Positions 32,036 to 40,188 of a stretch of 64,000 nt of DNA are shown here, one piece after another. A model generated the notes under the pieces. It was not told the origin of the DNA. It saw nothing but the letters and a program-made list of their open reading frames with translations, and did no database searches. Source of the stretch: Pirellulales bacterium (GTDB lineage: Bacteria; Planctomycetota; Planctomycetia; Pirellulales; JACPPG01); NCBI GenBank assembly GCA_036490175.1, contig DASXEJ010000088.1, positions 1 through 64,000 of the forward strand. The letters are read 5' to 3'. The translations under genes and the position numbers were made by a program. Numbering within the stretch: position 1 is the stretch's first letter; each line of letters starts with the position of its first letter.

Positions 32036-33690
32036 GCTTGTGGAAGATTGCCTGGCGCAGCATCCAGCAACGAGCATTGGCTTCGACCCTGACGGCACTG
32101 AGCATGGCGCTTGGCGTGGCGCTTGTCGTCGCCGTGCTGGTGGCTCAGGGGGTGATCCGCGATTCATTTACGCGCGGCGCTGGTGGCTACCACCTGGTGG
32201 TCGGCAAGAAGGGGAGCCAGTTACAACTGGTCCTCAATACGGTCTATCACTTACAGGACCCGATCGAGAATGTGCCCTACTCGTTCTACAAAGAATTCGT
32301 CAACACCCCGGGCCATTCCGGACGTTTCGCACCCTATGTGCAAGTGGCGATTCCCTATTGCCTGGGTGACAACTATGAGGGCTTTCGTGTAGTCGGCACC
32401 GTGCCCGCCTTGTTCGACGAGTTCGAATATGCTGGAGGCAAGAAGTACGAATTCCAGTCCGGCGGCCGCAACTTCGAGCAAGAGCACTTCTTCGAGGCGG
32501 TGATCGGTTCAGCCGTGGCCCACAAGACTGGTCTTAAGGTAGGGGATGAGTTTCAGCCCACCCACGGTTTGTCCAACGAGGGGGATGGGCACAAGCACGA
32601 TGCGTTTAAGATCGTCGGCATCCTCAAGCCGACAGGTACGGCCAACGACCGCGCGCTGTTCATCAACATGGAGGGTTTCTTTTTGCTCGACAAGCATGCC
32701 AAGCCGGTCGACGAAGTCGCGGCCGCGCATGGCGACGAACACCATGACGCCGAAGACGCCCATCATCACGACGAGCACGCCGAACACGATCACGATGATG
32801 GAGCAATGCCTGCCGCTGACGTGGGCGAACAAGACGCCAACCATCCGGCCCACGACGACCACGAGCATTCAGACGCCGCGAAGCCGGACGCTGATCATCA
32901 TCATGACGAGCAGCCGGGCGAAGCCCATTCGCCCCACGATGCCGTGGGCGGAGGAGCAGAGCATTCCGAGCATGATCATGCCGCCCACGACCCTGCCGCC
33001 CCGGATCATGACGCGCATGCTGGCGATGATCACGATCATGATGCCCACTCCCACGTGCGACATGATCACGATGCTCATGACCACACAGGCCACGATCACG
33101 AGGGACACGATCATCACCACGAACCTCTGCCAGACGATCAGCGCGAAGTGACGGCCATTTTGGTGCTGGCATCCGACGACTTTAGCGCCGAAGGACTGCG
33201 TACTACAATCAACGAGGGCGAGGTTGCTCAGGCCGCCTCCCCCATTCGAGTTATCAACGACTTCTTTAAGACGATGGTCAGCGGAGTAACAATCGCCCTG
33301 TTGGCGCTAACCGTGCTGATTATCGTCGTGGCCGGAGTCGGCGTGATGGTGAGCATCTATAATTCTATGAACGATCGCCGTCGCGATATCGCCGTGATGC
33401 GGGCTCTAGGGGCGGGTCGCGGCACGGTTTTGTCAGTGATCTTGTTCGAATCGATCCTGCTGTCGCTCGGCGGTGGTTTGCTCGGCTTTGTGCTAGGTCA
33501 CACCTTGGTAGGTGTGCTCGGGCCCATCGTCGAGGCATTTTCAGGCGTCACACTCGGTTTTATGCAGTTCGTCTCGTATGAGTTAATCTTAATTCCAGGC
33601 CTGATCGTACTGGCGGCGCTGACTGGCTATTTGCCCGCGATGAGTGCCTATCGCACCGACGTGGGCAAAGCGCTGTCGGCCAGTCCGTAA
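32032..33690 (+). CDS. FtsX/MacB-like ABC permease with a His/Asp-rich insertion in its periplasmic domain
   Basis: N-terminal TM1 (ALASTLTALSMALGVALVVAVLV), a large extracytoplasmic domain, and the C-terminal FtsX-type three-TM bundle (DIAVMRALGAGRG...). An HxD/HD-rich stretch of ~130 aa (DEHHDAEDAHHHDEHAEHDHDD...HDHEGHDHHHE) sits inside the periplasmic domain. Confidence 0.8.
   Translation: MSLWKIAWRSIQQRALASTLTALSMALGVALVVAVLVAQGVIRDSFTRGAGGYHLVVGKKGSQLQLVLNTVYHLQDPIENVPYSFYKEFVNTPGHSGRFAPYVQVAIPYCLGDNYEGFRVVGTVPALFDEFEYAGGKKYEFQSGGRNFEQEHFFEAVIGSAVAHKTGLKVGDEFQPTHGLSNEGDGHKHDAFKIVGILKPTGTANDRALFINMEGFFLLDKHAKPVDEVAAAHGDEHHDAEDAHHHDEHAEHDHDDGAMPAADVGEQDANHPAHDDHEHSDAAKPDADHHHDEQPGEAHSPHDAVGGGAEHSEHDHAAHDPAAPDHDAHAGDDHDHDAHSHVRHDHDAHDHTGHDHEGHDHHHEPLPDDQREVTAILVLASDDFSAEGLRTTINEGEVAQAASPIRVINDFFKTMVSGVTIALLALTVLIIVVAGVGVMVSIYNSMNDRRRDIAVMRALGAGRGTVLSVILFESILLSLGGGLLGFVLGHTLVGVLGPIVEAFSGVTLGFMQFVSYELILIPGLIVLAALTGYLPAMSAYRTDVGKALSASP
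32725..33125 (+). other. His/Asp-rich low-complexity coding segment inside the ABC permease gene
   Basis: Runs of cac/cat/gac/gat codons, e.g. catgatcacgatgcccactcccacgtgcgacatgatcacgatgctcatgaccac. Confidence 0.8.
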
Positions 33691-33723
33691 AATAGCTGTG
33701 GGCAGCACCGGTCCGCAAAAAGA

Positions 33724-35352
33724 ATGTTTCTCCTCCAGGAGCCTGCCGTGAATACGTCATTCGTTCGCTCGTGGGCACTTGTTTTGATCGCCGCCATCGC
33801 AATTGCTCCCGCGCCGTTGCGAGCGTGTCCGTTTTGCAGTGCGGTGTCGATGACGCTCGGCGAAGAGTTGAAAACGTCCGACGCGGCCGTGATAGCCACG
33901 CTGGTCGATCGGCCAGCTTCGTCTGACCCCGCCGGCGGTGCGCCGGTGAAGAGCAAGTTCAAGATCACCAAAATCCTCAAGGGAGAAAAGCTGCTGGCCG
34001 GCAAGCCGGAGATCGAGATGCTCTATTTCGGCTCGCAAGATCCGGGAGCCACATTCCTGTTGTTCGGCGTCGATCCGAAGGAACTGGCCTGGGGCACGCC
34101 GACGGCTCTCTCTGAGCGCGGCCTGGCGTATATCGAAAGGGTTGCCCAGTTGCAGGACAATTCCACTGAGCGTTTGGCTTTCTTCCAGGAGTATTTTGAG
34201 GACGCGGATCCTCTCCTTTCGAGCGATGCCTTCAACGAGTTCGCCAAGGCGCCCTACTCCGATGTCACGCAGCTCAAAGAGCAAATGCACCGCGACAAGT
34301 TGATCGAGTGGATCAAGGACGACAAGGTGCCGGCCAGCCGGCGTCGACTCTATCTGACGATGCTCGGCACCTGCGGCCAGCCCGACGACGTACCGCTGAT
34401 TGAAGGCATGATCAAGACCGACGACCGCCAGGTGCGCAGCGCGCTCGACGCGATGATCGGATGTTATCTCAGTCTGCGTGGTGCCGACGGCCTGCCGCTG
34501 ATCGAGGACCTGTTTCTGAAAAACGACAAATCCGAATACGTCGACACGTATTCGGCCATTGTGGCCCTGCGTGTGTTGGGTCAAGAGACGACCCTGATCC
34601 CCAAGGATCGGTTGGTCGCCGCCTTGCGGAATATGCTCGATCGACCACAACTGGCCGACCTTGTGATACCGGATCTGGCACGATGGCAGGACTGGGGCGC
34701 AATGGACAAGTTGGTCGATCTGTTCAAAAACGCCAACGAGGAATCGTCCTGGGTCCGCGTGCCCGTCGTCCAGTTCCTGCGAGCTTGCCCTGACCCCAAG
34801 GCTCAGGAATACCTCGTCGAATTGGCCAAGATCGACCCAGATGCCGTGAAGCGGGCGACAAACTACTTGATGTTGCCAGGCGCGTCGGGCGCCCCCGCGC
34901 CGGTAGCCGCCGCGACGAGTGACTCGAAACCAGCCGCCGAGCCCGCAGCATCGGTTGCGACCCAATCGGCATCAGGCGGAGCTGAACAGCAGGCGCCTGC
35001 GGAAGGTGCTGTGACGGCGAACGATGGCGCGTCCGGCAAAAAACCTGCTACGTCAGAATCCTCCGGAATCAATGCCGAGGTTTCGGCGACCAAGCCCGAT
35101 TATGCGACGGGGCCTGCCGCCGAGGCCGTCGCTATTGGTGCGTCGGCGGACGCGAACGGATCCGCATCGAGTCCCAGGGATAAATCAAAGTCCGAAGATA
35201 TCACGCCAGCAGAGAGCGACAAACAATTCCCGGATCGGGCCGCCAGCCGCAGCGCAACGACACCGATCGGCGTGAAATCCGACTGGACCCTAGTGGCGGT
35301 GATCTTTGCCGCGATCGCGGCCGGATCGATTTTCTTGTTCCGCCGACATTAG
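33724..35352 (+). CDS. Secreted, membrane-anchored alpha-helical protein with C-P-F-C at the start of the mature chain (paralog A), an Ala/Pro/Ser-rich linker and a C-terminal TM anchor
   Basis: Signal peptide ending ...APAPLRA|CPFCSAV. Conserved blocks are shared with the paralog at 36734 (YFEDADPL / ARWQDWGAMDKLVDLF). Its start lies 34 bp after the permease stop. Confidence 0.6.
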   Translation: MFLLQEPAVNTSFVRSWALVLIAAIAIAPAPLRACPFCSAVSMTLGEELKTSDAAVIATLVDRPASSDPAGGAPVKSKFKITKILKGEKLLAGKPEIEMLYFGSQDPGATFLLFGVDPKELAWGTPTALSERGLAYIERVAQLQDNSTERLAFFQEYFEDADPLLSSDAFNEFAKAPYSDVTQLKEQMHRDKLIEWIKDDKVPASRRRLYLTMLGTCGQPDDVPLIEGMIKTDDRQVRSALDAMIGCYLSLRGADGLPLIEDLFLKNDKSEYVDTYSAIVALRVLGQETTLIPKDRLVAALRNMLDRPQLADLVIPDLARWQDWGAMDKLVDLFKNANEESSWVRVPVVQFLRACPDPKAQEYLVELAKIDPDAVKRATNYLMLPGASGAPAPVAAATSDSKPAAEPAASVATQSASGGAEQQAPAEGAVTANDGASGKKPATSESSGINAEVSATKPDYATGPAAEAVAIGASADANGSASSPRDKSKSEDITPAESDKQFPDRAASRSATTPIGVKSDWTLVAVIFAAIAAGSIFLFRRH

Positions 35353-35439
35353 AATGAAACGTGGGATAATTATGATGACAGGCGTGGGGCTTGGGAGCCT
35401 TGGTTTGTCGATCAACCGGGTTGCGACAAAGGTTGTGGT

Positions 35440-36114
35440 ATGAGCGTCGATGTAGCGTCCCGCGTGTCTGATGTCACGATGGAAGACTACGCGCACTATC
35501 GTGCGCTCAGCGTGCTGGCCGTCGTCAGCTGCCTGCTCAGTGTATTATCCGTCGCTGCCTTTCTCAGCTGGACGCTGCTGGTAATACCCGCGTTGGGACT
35601 CCTTACGGGCCTCGTCGCCGTGCGTCGCATTCATGTCAACGCAAGTGAACTTACTGGCAAGCGCATCGCGTGGGCGGGCGTGTTACTAAGTCTGTTGATG
35701 CTCTGCGGCGGCGGCGGCTACCTAAGCTATGAATACGCAGCCGAGTTACCACCGGGCTATGAACGATTGAACTACGCTCAGCTTCAGCCCGACGCCGAGG
35801 TTCCAGGTGAAATCTATCCTCCCGACATCACCGAATATGACGGGCACCGTATTTTCATTAAGGGCTATGTCTACCCCGGCAAGCAAACTTCCGGAATCAA
35901 GCAGTTCGTGCTGTGTCGTGATAACGGAGATTGCTGCTTTGGTGGTCAGCCCCGGTTAACGGATCGAATCTTGGTAAATCTTGATGGGCCGCTGACACTC
36001 GAATATACGACACGGCAACGGCATGTGGCCGGTACGTTCCGCGTTGAACCGGGCCAAGCCGTGGATGGGCTCAGCGGCGTGATCTATCACCTCGACGCGG
36101 ATTATCTGAAGTGA
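35440..36114 (+). CDS. Membrane protein: two N-terminal TM helices plus a C-terminal DUF3299-like domain with a C-C motif
   Basis: Hydrophobic hairpin (LSVLAVVSCLLSVLSVAAFLSW...GLLTGLVAV), then IKGYVYPGKQTSGIKQFVLCRDNGDCCFGG...GTFRVEP...GVIYHLDADYLK, which is paralogous to the next gene. Confidence 0.6.
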   Translation: MSVDVASRVSDVTMEDYAHYRALSVLAVVSCLLSVLSVAAFLSWTLLVIPALGLLTGLVAVRRIHVNASELTGKRIAWAGVLLSLLMLCGGGGYLSYEYAAELPPGYERLNYAQLQPDAEVPGEIYPPDITEYDGHRIFIKGYVYPGKQTSGIKQFVLCRDNGDCCFGGQPRLTDRILVNLDGPLTLEYTTRQRHVAGTFRVEPGQAVDGLSGVIYHLDADYLK

Positions 36115-36734
36115 GAATGCCCGGCACGCAAATCTGGTGTGCAGCAATGCTTTTGTCAGCGTTGCTCTTGGCCGTGGGGTGCGAGGAGAATCGCAGCCCA
36201 GCGGCCGTCGAACGCTCTTCCAAACCGACGACCGATTCTGCACCACAATCGACCGCCGGGATGGAGACGGCCGAGGCTGCGTCTGCCGAGGGGGATACCG
36301 TACCGTCGAGTCCTGAGGTTCCGGAACCGAAGGCCGCCCCCGTAGAAACGACGTCCGCGGCACCGCAGAATATCACGTTCGATACGCTGAAATTCCCCTT
36401 GGAAAAGAATGACGATTATCAGCGGTCCTTGCTGACGCCCGCGATCGCATCGCTTGATCACCGTCCGGTCAAATTGCGTGGCTACATCCTGCCCAGCTTT
36501 CAGCAGTCGGGACTCACGCAATTCGTGCTGGTCCGTGACAACATGCAATGTTGTTTCGGTCCCGGCGCGGCCTTGTACGACTGCGTCGTGGTGAATATGA
36601 AACCTGGCAAGACCGCGGACTTCACGGTGAGGCCGGTGGCAGTCGAAGGGACATTTGAATTGCGTGATTACAAGGGCCCTGATGGCAAGTTCCTGGCCAT
36701 CTATCATCTCGACGGCGATGCCGTGCGGTTTTAA
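36111..36734 (+). CDS. Lipoprotein with a DUF3299-like C-C motif domain (paralog of the preceding gene)
   Basis: Lipobox LAVGC, then LRGYILPSFQQSGLTQFVLVRDNMQCCFGPG...EGTFELRDYKGPDGKFLAIYHLDGDAVRF. The GTG at 36111 overlaps the upstream TGA; an ATG at 36117 is the alternative start. Confidence 0.6.
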   Translation: MRMPGTQIWCAAMLLSALLLAVGCEENRSPAAVERSSKPTTDSAPQSTAGMETAEAASAEGDTVPSSPEVPEPKAAPVETTSAAPQNITFDTLKFPLEKNDDYQRSLLTPAIASLDHRPVKLRGYILPSFQQSGLTQFVLVRDNMQCCFGPGAALYDCVVVNMKPGKTADFTVRPVAVEGTFELRDYKGPDGKFLAIYHLDGDAVRF

Positions 36735-37870
36735 TGACATATTCAGTGCTCTCGCCGGCGCTGCTTCTCTTAGGTGTGCAGGTTGTAGTCGCCTGCCCCT
36801 TTTGCACGGCGGTTAAGCCCAGTCTTGGCCAGCAACGCGACGAGGCGACGGTCACATTATTGGCCGACGTCGCCCGCAGCGAGGCAGGAAAGTGGTATCT
36901 CACTATTCAGAAGATCTTCACCGGCGCAGACCGGCTGCCGAATCCGCGGCACCTGACCATTGATGTGGCCAATATTTCTGGCGGTAGTGGTGTCAAGGCG
37001 GGGCAGCTCGCCCTCGTCCTGGCGACGCCCGAGGGCCCCGAGTCGAAGTCGGCATGGCAGATCATACCGCTCGATGAGACCAGCTACGCATACGTGGCGC
37101 GGTCACCTTCGGAGCGTTTGCCCGCGGCCAAGCGATTGCCTTATTACGCAGAATATCTCGAACACGCGAATCCGCTGATCGCCGAGGATGCCTATCGCGA
37201 GTTTGGTAACGCATCGTACGACGAAGTAGCACTTGTCACGGATCGGCTTCCGTTTGCCGCATTGCGACGTGCGATCGAGGATCCGCACGTTCCCGAGGCG
37301 CGTCAGGGCTTTTACGGATTGGCGCTCGGTCTGGCAAAAAGCGCAGCGGACCGCCGCGCCAATGAAACCGTCTTGCAGCGCTTGATCGATGCTGACGCCG
37401 ACGACTTTCGGGCCGGATTCGATGGTGTGTTGGGGGGCTATCTCATGCTCACCGGCACGCCAGGGCTTATCCACGTCGAAAAGCAGTTGCTTGCCAATCC
37501 CCAAGCGCGGTCGGGCGACCTGAGACATGCGGCGACGGCGCTGCGCTTCGTCCACGAGTTTGACCGGGGCGTGATTCCGGACGCAGACCTGCGACGGGCC
37601 ATGCGGCGACTGCTGACGCGACCCGAGACCGCACCAGCGGCAATTATCGACCTAGCGCGTTGGCGAGATTGGGATTGCCTGAACGATGTTGTGGCACTGT
37701 TTAGCCGCGCGGAGTTTACTGATCCTGCGACAACGGCAGCCGTCGTTGGTTATTTGCTTGCTTGTCCACGACCGGCAGCTGTGGCGGCCCTGACGCGACT
37801 ACGTGAACAAGACCCCCAGCGCGTAGCTGACGCCGAAATTCAAGGAATTTTGCCCGCCGCCAGCCATTAG
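36734..37870 (+). CDS. Secreted protein, possibly a lipoprotein, with C-P-F-C at the start of the mature chain (paralog B of 33724..35352)
   Basis: MTYSVLSPALLLLGVQVVVA|CPFCTAV, where VVAC fits a lipobox. Blocks YLEHANPL and ARWRDWDCLNDVVALF are shared with paralog A. Its start overlaps the upstream stop (TAATG). Confidence 0.6.
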   Translation: MTYSVLSPALLLLGVQVVVACPFCTAVKPSLGQQRDEATVTLLADVARSEAGKWYLTIQKIFTGADRLPNPRHLTIDVANISGGSGVKAGQLALVLATPEGPESKSAWQIIPLDETSYAYVARSPSERLPAAKRLPYYAEYLEHANPLIAEDAYREFGNASYDEVALVTDRLPFAALRRAIEDPHVPEARQGFYGLALGLAKSAADRRANETVLQRLIDADADDFRAGFDGVLGGYLMLTGTPGLIHVEKQLLANPQARSGDLRHAATALRFVHEFDRGVIPDADLRRAMRRLLTRPETAPAAIIDLARWRDWDCLNDVVALFSRAEFTDPATTAAVVGYLLACPRPAAVAALTRLREQDPQRVADAEIQGILPAASH

Positions 37871-37967
37871 CGGTCGTCGCCATGCGGCGAGTTATTTCGC
37901 AATCGAGGGAGCATTTCCGCTCGATGCGGTGAATTGAGCCATCGCGGCTTCTCTTTCCGGTTACACC

Positions 37968-38816
37968 GTGAGCGACTATAGTGTCGTTGCCATGCAAAAG
38001 TATGTCGTCCGCTACGGGGTCATGCGCACCTTGGGGGTCTTCAGCACCAGCCGAGGCGATGTCTTTACGCGCGGTGCCCGCGTGATCGTACGGACCGATC
38101 GTGGGCTGGAAGCCGGCGAAGTGCTCTGCGTGGCAACCGAAGAAACCACCGGCCAGTTGCAAGACCCGCAACGCGGACAAATCCTGCGTCTGATGACCAC
38201 CGACGACGAGCACGAGTTGTCGCGGATGCACGGTCAGGAGCGCGCCGAGTTCGAGAGCTGCCGCCGCGTCGTCAACGAGCTGAAGCTGCCCATGAAGCTG
38301 GTCGACGTCGAACACGTGTTTGGCGGAGAGCGAGTGGTGGTGTACTTTTTGGCGGAGAATCGGGTCGATTTTCGCGTCCTGGTGAAAACGCTTGCTAGCG
38401 AATTCCAAACCCGCATCGAGATGCGGCAGATCGGCGTCCGCGACGAGGCCAAACTGCTTGCAGACTACGGCGATTGCGGCAAGCCGGTGTGCTGCAATAC
38501 GCATCTGTCGGAGATGCCGCCGGTATCAATGAAGATGGCGAAATTGCAGAAGGCGACGCTCGACCCGACCAAGATTTCCGGCCGCTGTGGCCGCCTGAAA
38601 TGCTGCTTGCGATATGAGTTCGACACCTATGAGCAATTGCAAAAGGACTTGCCGGCGGTGGGGTCGAACGTAGTTACGGCCAAGGGGCGGATGCGTGTCT
38701 TGGCGCACGAGATTCTCGCCAACCAATTGTTGGTGGAAACTGAGGACCGTTTGCGCGTCCTGATTCCTGCCGGTGATGTGCTGAGCGTGCTCGATTCCGG
38801 CGCTCGCAACAATTAA
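37968..38816 (+). CDS. PSP1 C-terminal domain protein (RicT/YaaT-like)
   Basis: Cys motifs characteristic of PSP1/YaaT: CGKPVCCNTHL and CGRLKCCLRYEFD. Confidence 0.75.
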   Translation: MSDYSVVAMQKYVVRYGVMRTLGVFSTSRGDVFTRGARVIVRTDRGLEAGEVLCVATEETTGQLQDPQRGQILRLMTTDDEHELSRMHGQERAEFESCRRVVNELKLPMKLVDVEHVFGGERVVVYFLAENRVDFRVLVKTLASEFQTRIEMRQIGVRDEAKLLADYGDCGKPVCCNTHLSEMPPVSMKMAKLQKATLDPTKISGRCGRLKCCLRYEFDTYEQLQKDLPAVGSNVVTAKGRMRVLAHEILANQLLVETEDRLRVLIPAGDVLSVLDSGARNN

Positions 38817-39020
38817 TTTTCCCTCGCCTGACCCACGAAGTTCCTCAATCCGCTACATCCTCCGGTCGACGTCCAATATGCTGCGGGATCGACACCCAGA
38901 GATTTAGACACCAACCTCAGGGCCTCACTCGGCCAAGACCCGTCAGGCGGCCCAACAGGGTAGCCTGCGTCAGGCCAAGTTGATAATGCAATAGGCCACT
39001 GGAAAGATATTGGCGACACC

Positions 39021-39437
39021 ATGTCAGACGCTGCGAACACGCTCGCCGAGTTGCTGCGCGAAGACAAGCGATACCAGCGATCGGCGTATTTATTTGTCTT
39101 CGACGCGCTGAACTACGCTCATTCCGTCTTGGAACTGGGCGGACAAAAGGGAGCCGAAGGGGACGAACCGTCGCCAACCTCGGAACGGCACCTGACCGGT
39201 CAGGAACTATGCGAGGCGATCCGCCTCTATGCGCTCGACCAATATGGCTACATGGCCAAGGTTGTGCTCGACAGTTGGGGAGTTCATACCACCGGGGATT
39301 TTGGTGAGATCGTGTTCAATCTCATCCGCGTGGGACTAATGCGAAAAACGGACGACGATCGCCGGGAAGATTTTGACGATGTGTTCGATTTCGAGAGTGG
39401 GCTGAGACAAAGCTTCCAGATCACACCGCCGGAATAA
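39021..39437 (+). CDS. Conserved hypothetical cytoplasmic protein (138 aa)
   Basis: Clean non-repetitive ORF (MSDAANTLAELLREDKRYQRSAYLFVFDALNYAHSVL...). Function unknown; it may belong to a Planctomycetes/Verrucomicrobia-restricted family, which I cannot verify. Confidence 0.5.
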   Translation: MSDAANTLAELLREDKRYQRSAYLFVFDALNYAHSVLELGGQKGAEGDEPSPTSERHLTGQELCEAIRLYALDQYGYMAKVVLDSWGVHTTGDFGEIVFNLIRVGLMRKTDDDRREDFDDVFDFESGLRQSFQITPPE

Positions 39438-39492
39438 GGTTCCCGGCCGTCAGTTAGTAGTACAGAGTACGCCTCACCGGGACCTTCTTCAT

Positions 39493-39738
39493 ATGGCTGC
39501 TAAGCGCAATCGGCGAGGCAAATCTTCCGCAGCCAACCAGAGCGGCCGTGCCAAGGTATCAGCGAAGCCGGCGCTAGTCGCGATTTCAAGCGAGGAAACG
39601 CCCAGCGCAGACAAGCCGTCGTGGATCAGCTCAACACGGCCCAATCCGCCACGGCAGCATTTCTGGTTTCTGGTCGTTAGTGCCGTGGCGTCGGGGTCGT
39701 GGATGGTGTTTCTGCTCGCTATGGCGATGCGTGGTTAG
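39493..39738 (+). CDS. Small basic protein with a C-terminal TM helix (81 aa)
   Basis: ORF with the C-terminal hydrophobic segment WFLVVSAVASGSWMVFLLAMAM. There is no other support. Confidence 0.3.
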   Translation: MAAKRNRRGKSSAANQSGRAKVSAKPALVAISSEETPSADKPSWISSTRPNPPRQHFWFLVVSAVASGSWMVFLLAMAMRG

Positions 39739-39823
39739 TAGTGCCGGACTGTTACATACCCAACGCAAGCCACCGTCATATCACACGCCTTTTCCTCCTT
39801 CTGCCATTTCCGCCTCACGCGAT

Positions 39824-40060
39824 TTAGCGCTTGGGGCCTGAATAATATCGTGACGTGTCGTTGAAAAGCGTCCGATGCCCCGTGCTGCGCAACTGCTGAT
39901 TGCCTTGCGAACTCGACTGCGCACGGACCGGAGCAGCTTGTCGTTGCAACTGGGAAATGGCGCTACTTTGTCGCCGATTGAAATTATTTTGGTCGAGTTG
40001 CGGCCGCACCAGGCTTTGGTAATTCGTGGCGGCTGCTGAGGGATTGTTCACCAAATTCAT
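39824..40060 (-). CDS. Gln/Asn/Ser-rich small protein (78 aa), coupled to the upstream signal-peptide ORF
   Basis: MNLVNNPSAAATNYQSLVRPQLDQNNFNRRQSSAISQLQRQAAPVRAQSSSQGNQQLRS... The -1 frame relative to the upstream ORF is open from ~40103, so a single frameshifted secreted protein is possible. Confidence 0.3.
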   Translation of the reverse strand: MNLVNNPSAAATNYQSLVRPQLDQNNFNRRQSSAISQLQRQAAPVRAQSSSQGNQQLRSTGHRTLFNDTSRYYSGPKR

Positions 40061-40188
40061 ATATAGGGGCTCACCGAGGGGCGACGTGTCGACGCCCCTT
40101 CAAACGGTCGTTGGGGACGATTCTGTCCGCTGGCCGAACGGCTCGCGACAAGCAACATGACAACCGACAACATGAGGGCAATACGCAT
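40057..40188 (-). CDS. Small ORF (43 aa) carrying a Sec-type signal peptide, translationally coupled to 39824..40060 or frameshifted with it
   Basis: AAAAGGAGCACGA precedes the ATG. The product is MRIALMLSVVMLLVASRSASGQNRPQRPFEGASTRRPSVSPYI. Its TGA overlaps the ATG of the next ORF (ATGA). Confidence 0.3.
   Translation of the reverse strand: MRIALMLSVVMLLVASRSASGQNRPQRPFEGASTRRPSVSPYI

Noticed and set aside
32725-33125. The His-rich repetitive DNA as a CRISPR array, mobile element remnant or assembly artefact
   Set aside because: The repeats are imperfect, remain in frame, are codon-level (cac/cat/gac/gat), and sit inside a continuous, well-behaved permease ORF. They show no direct-repeat/spacer periodicity and no terminal inverted repeats.
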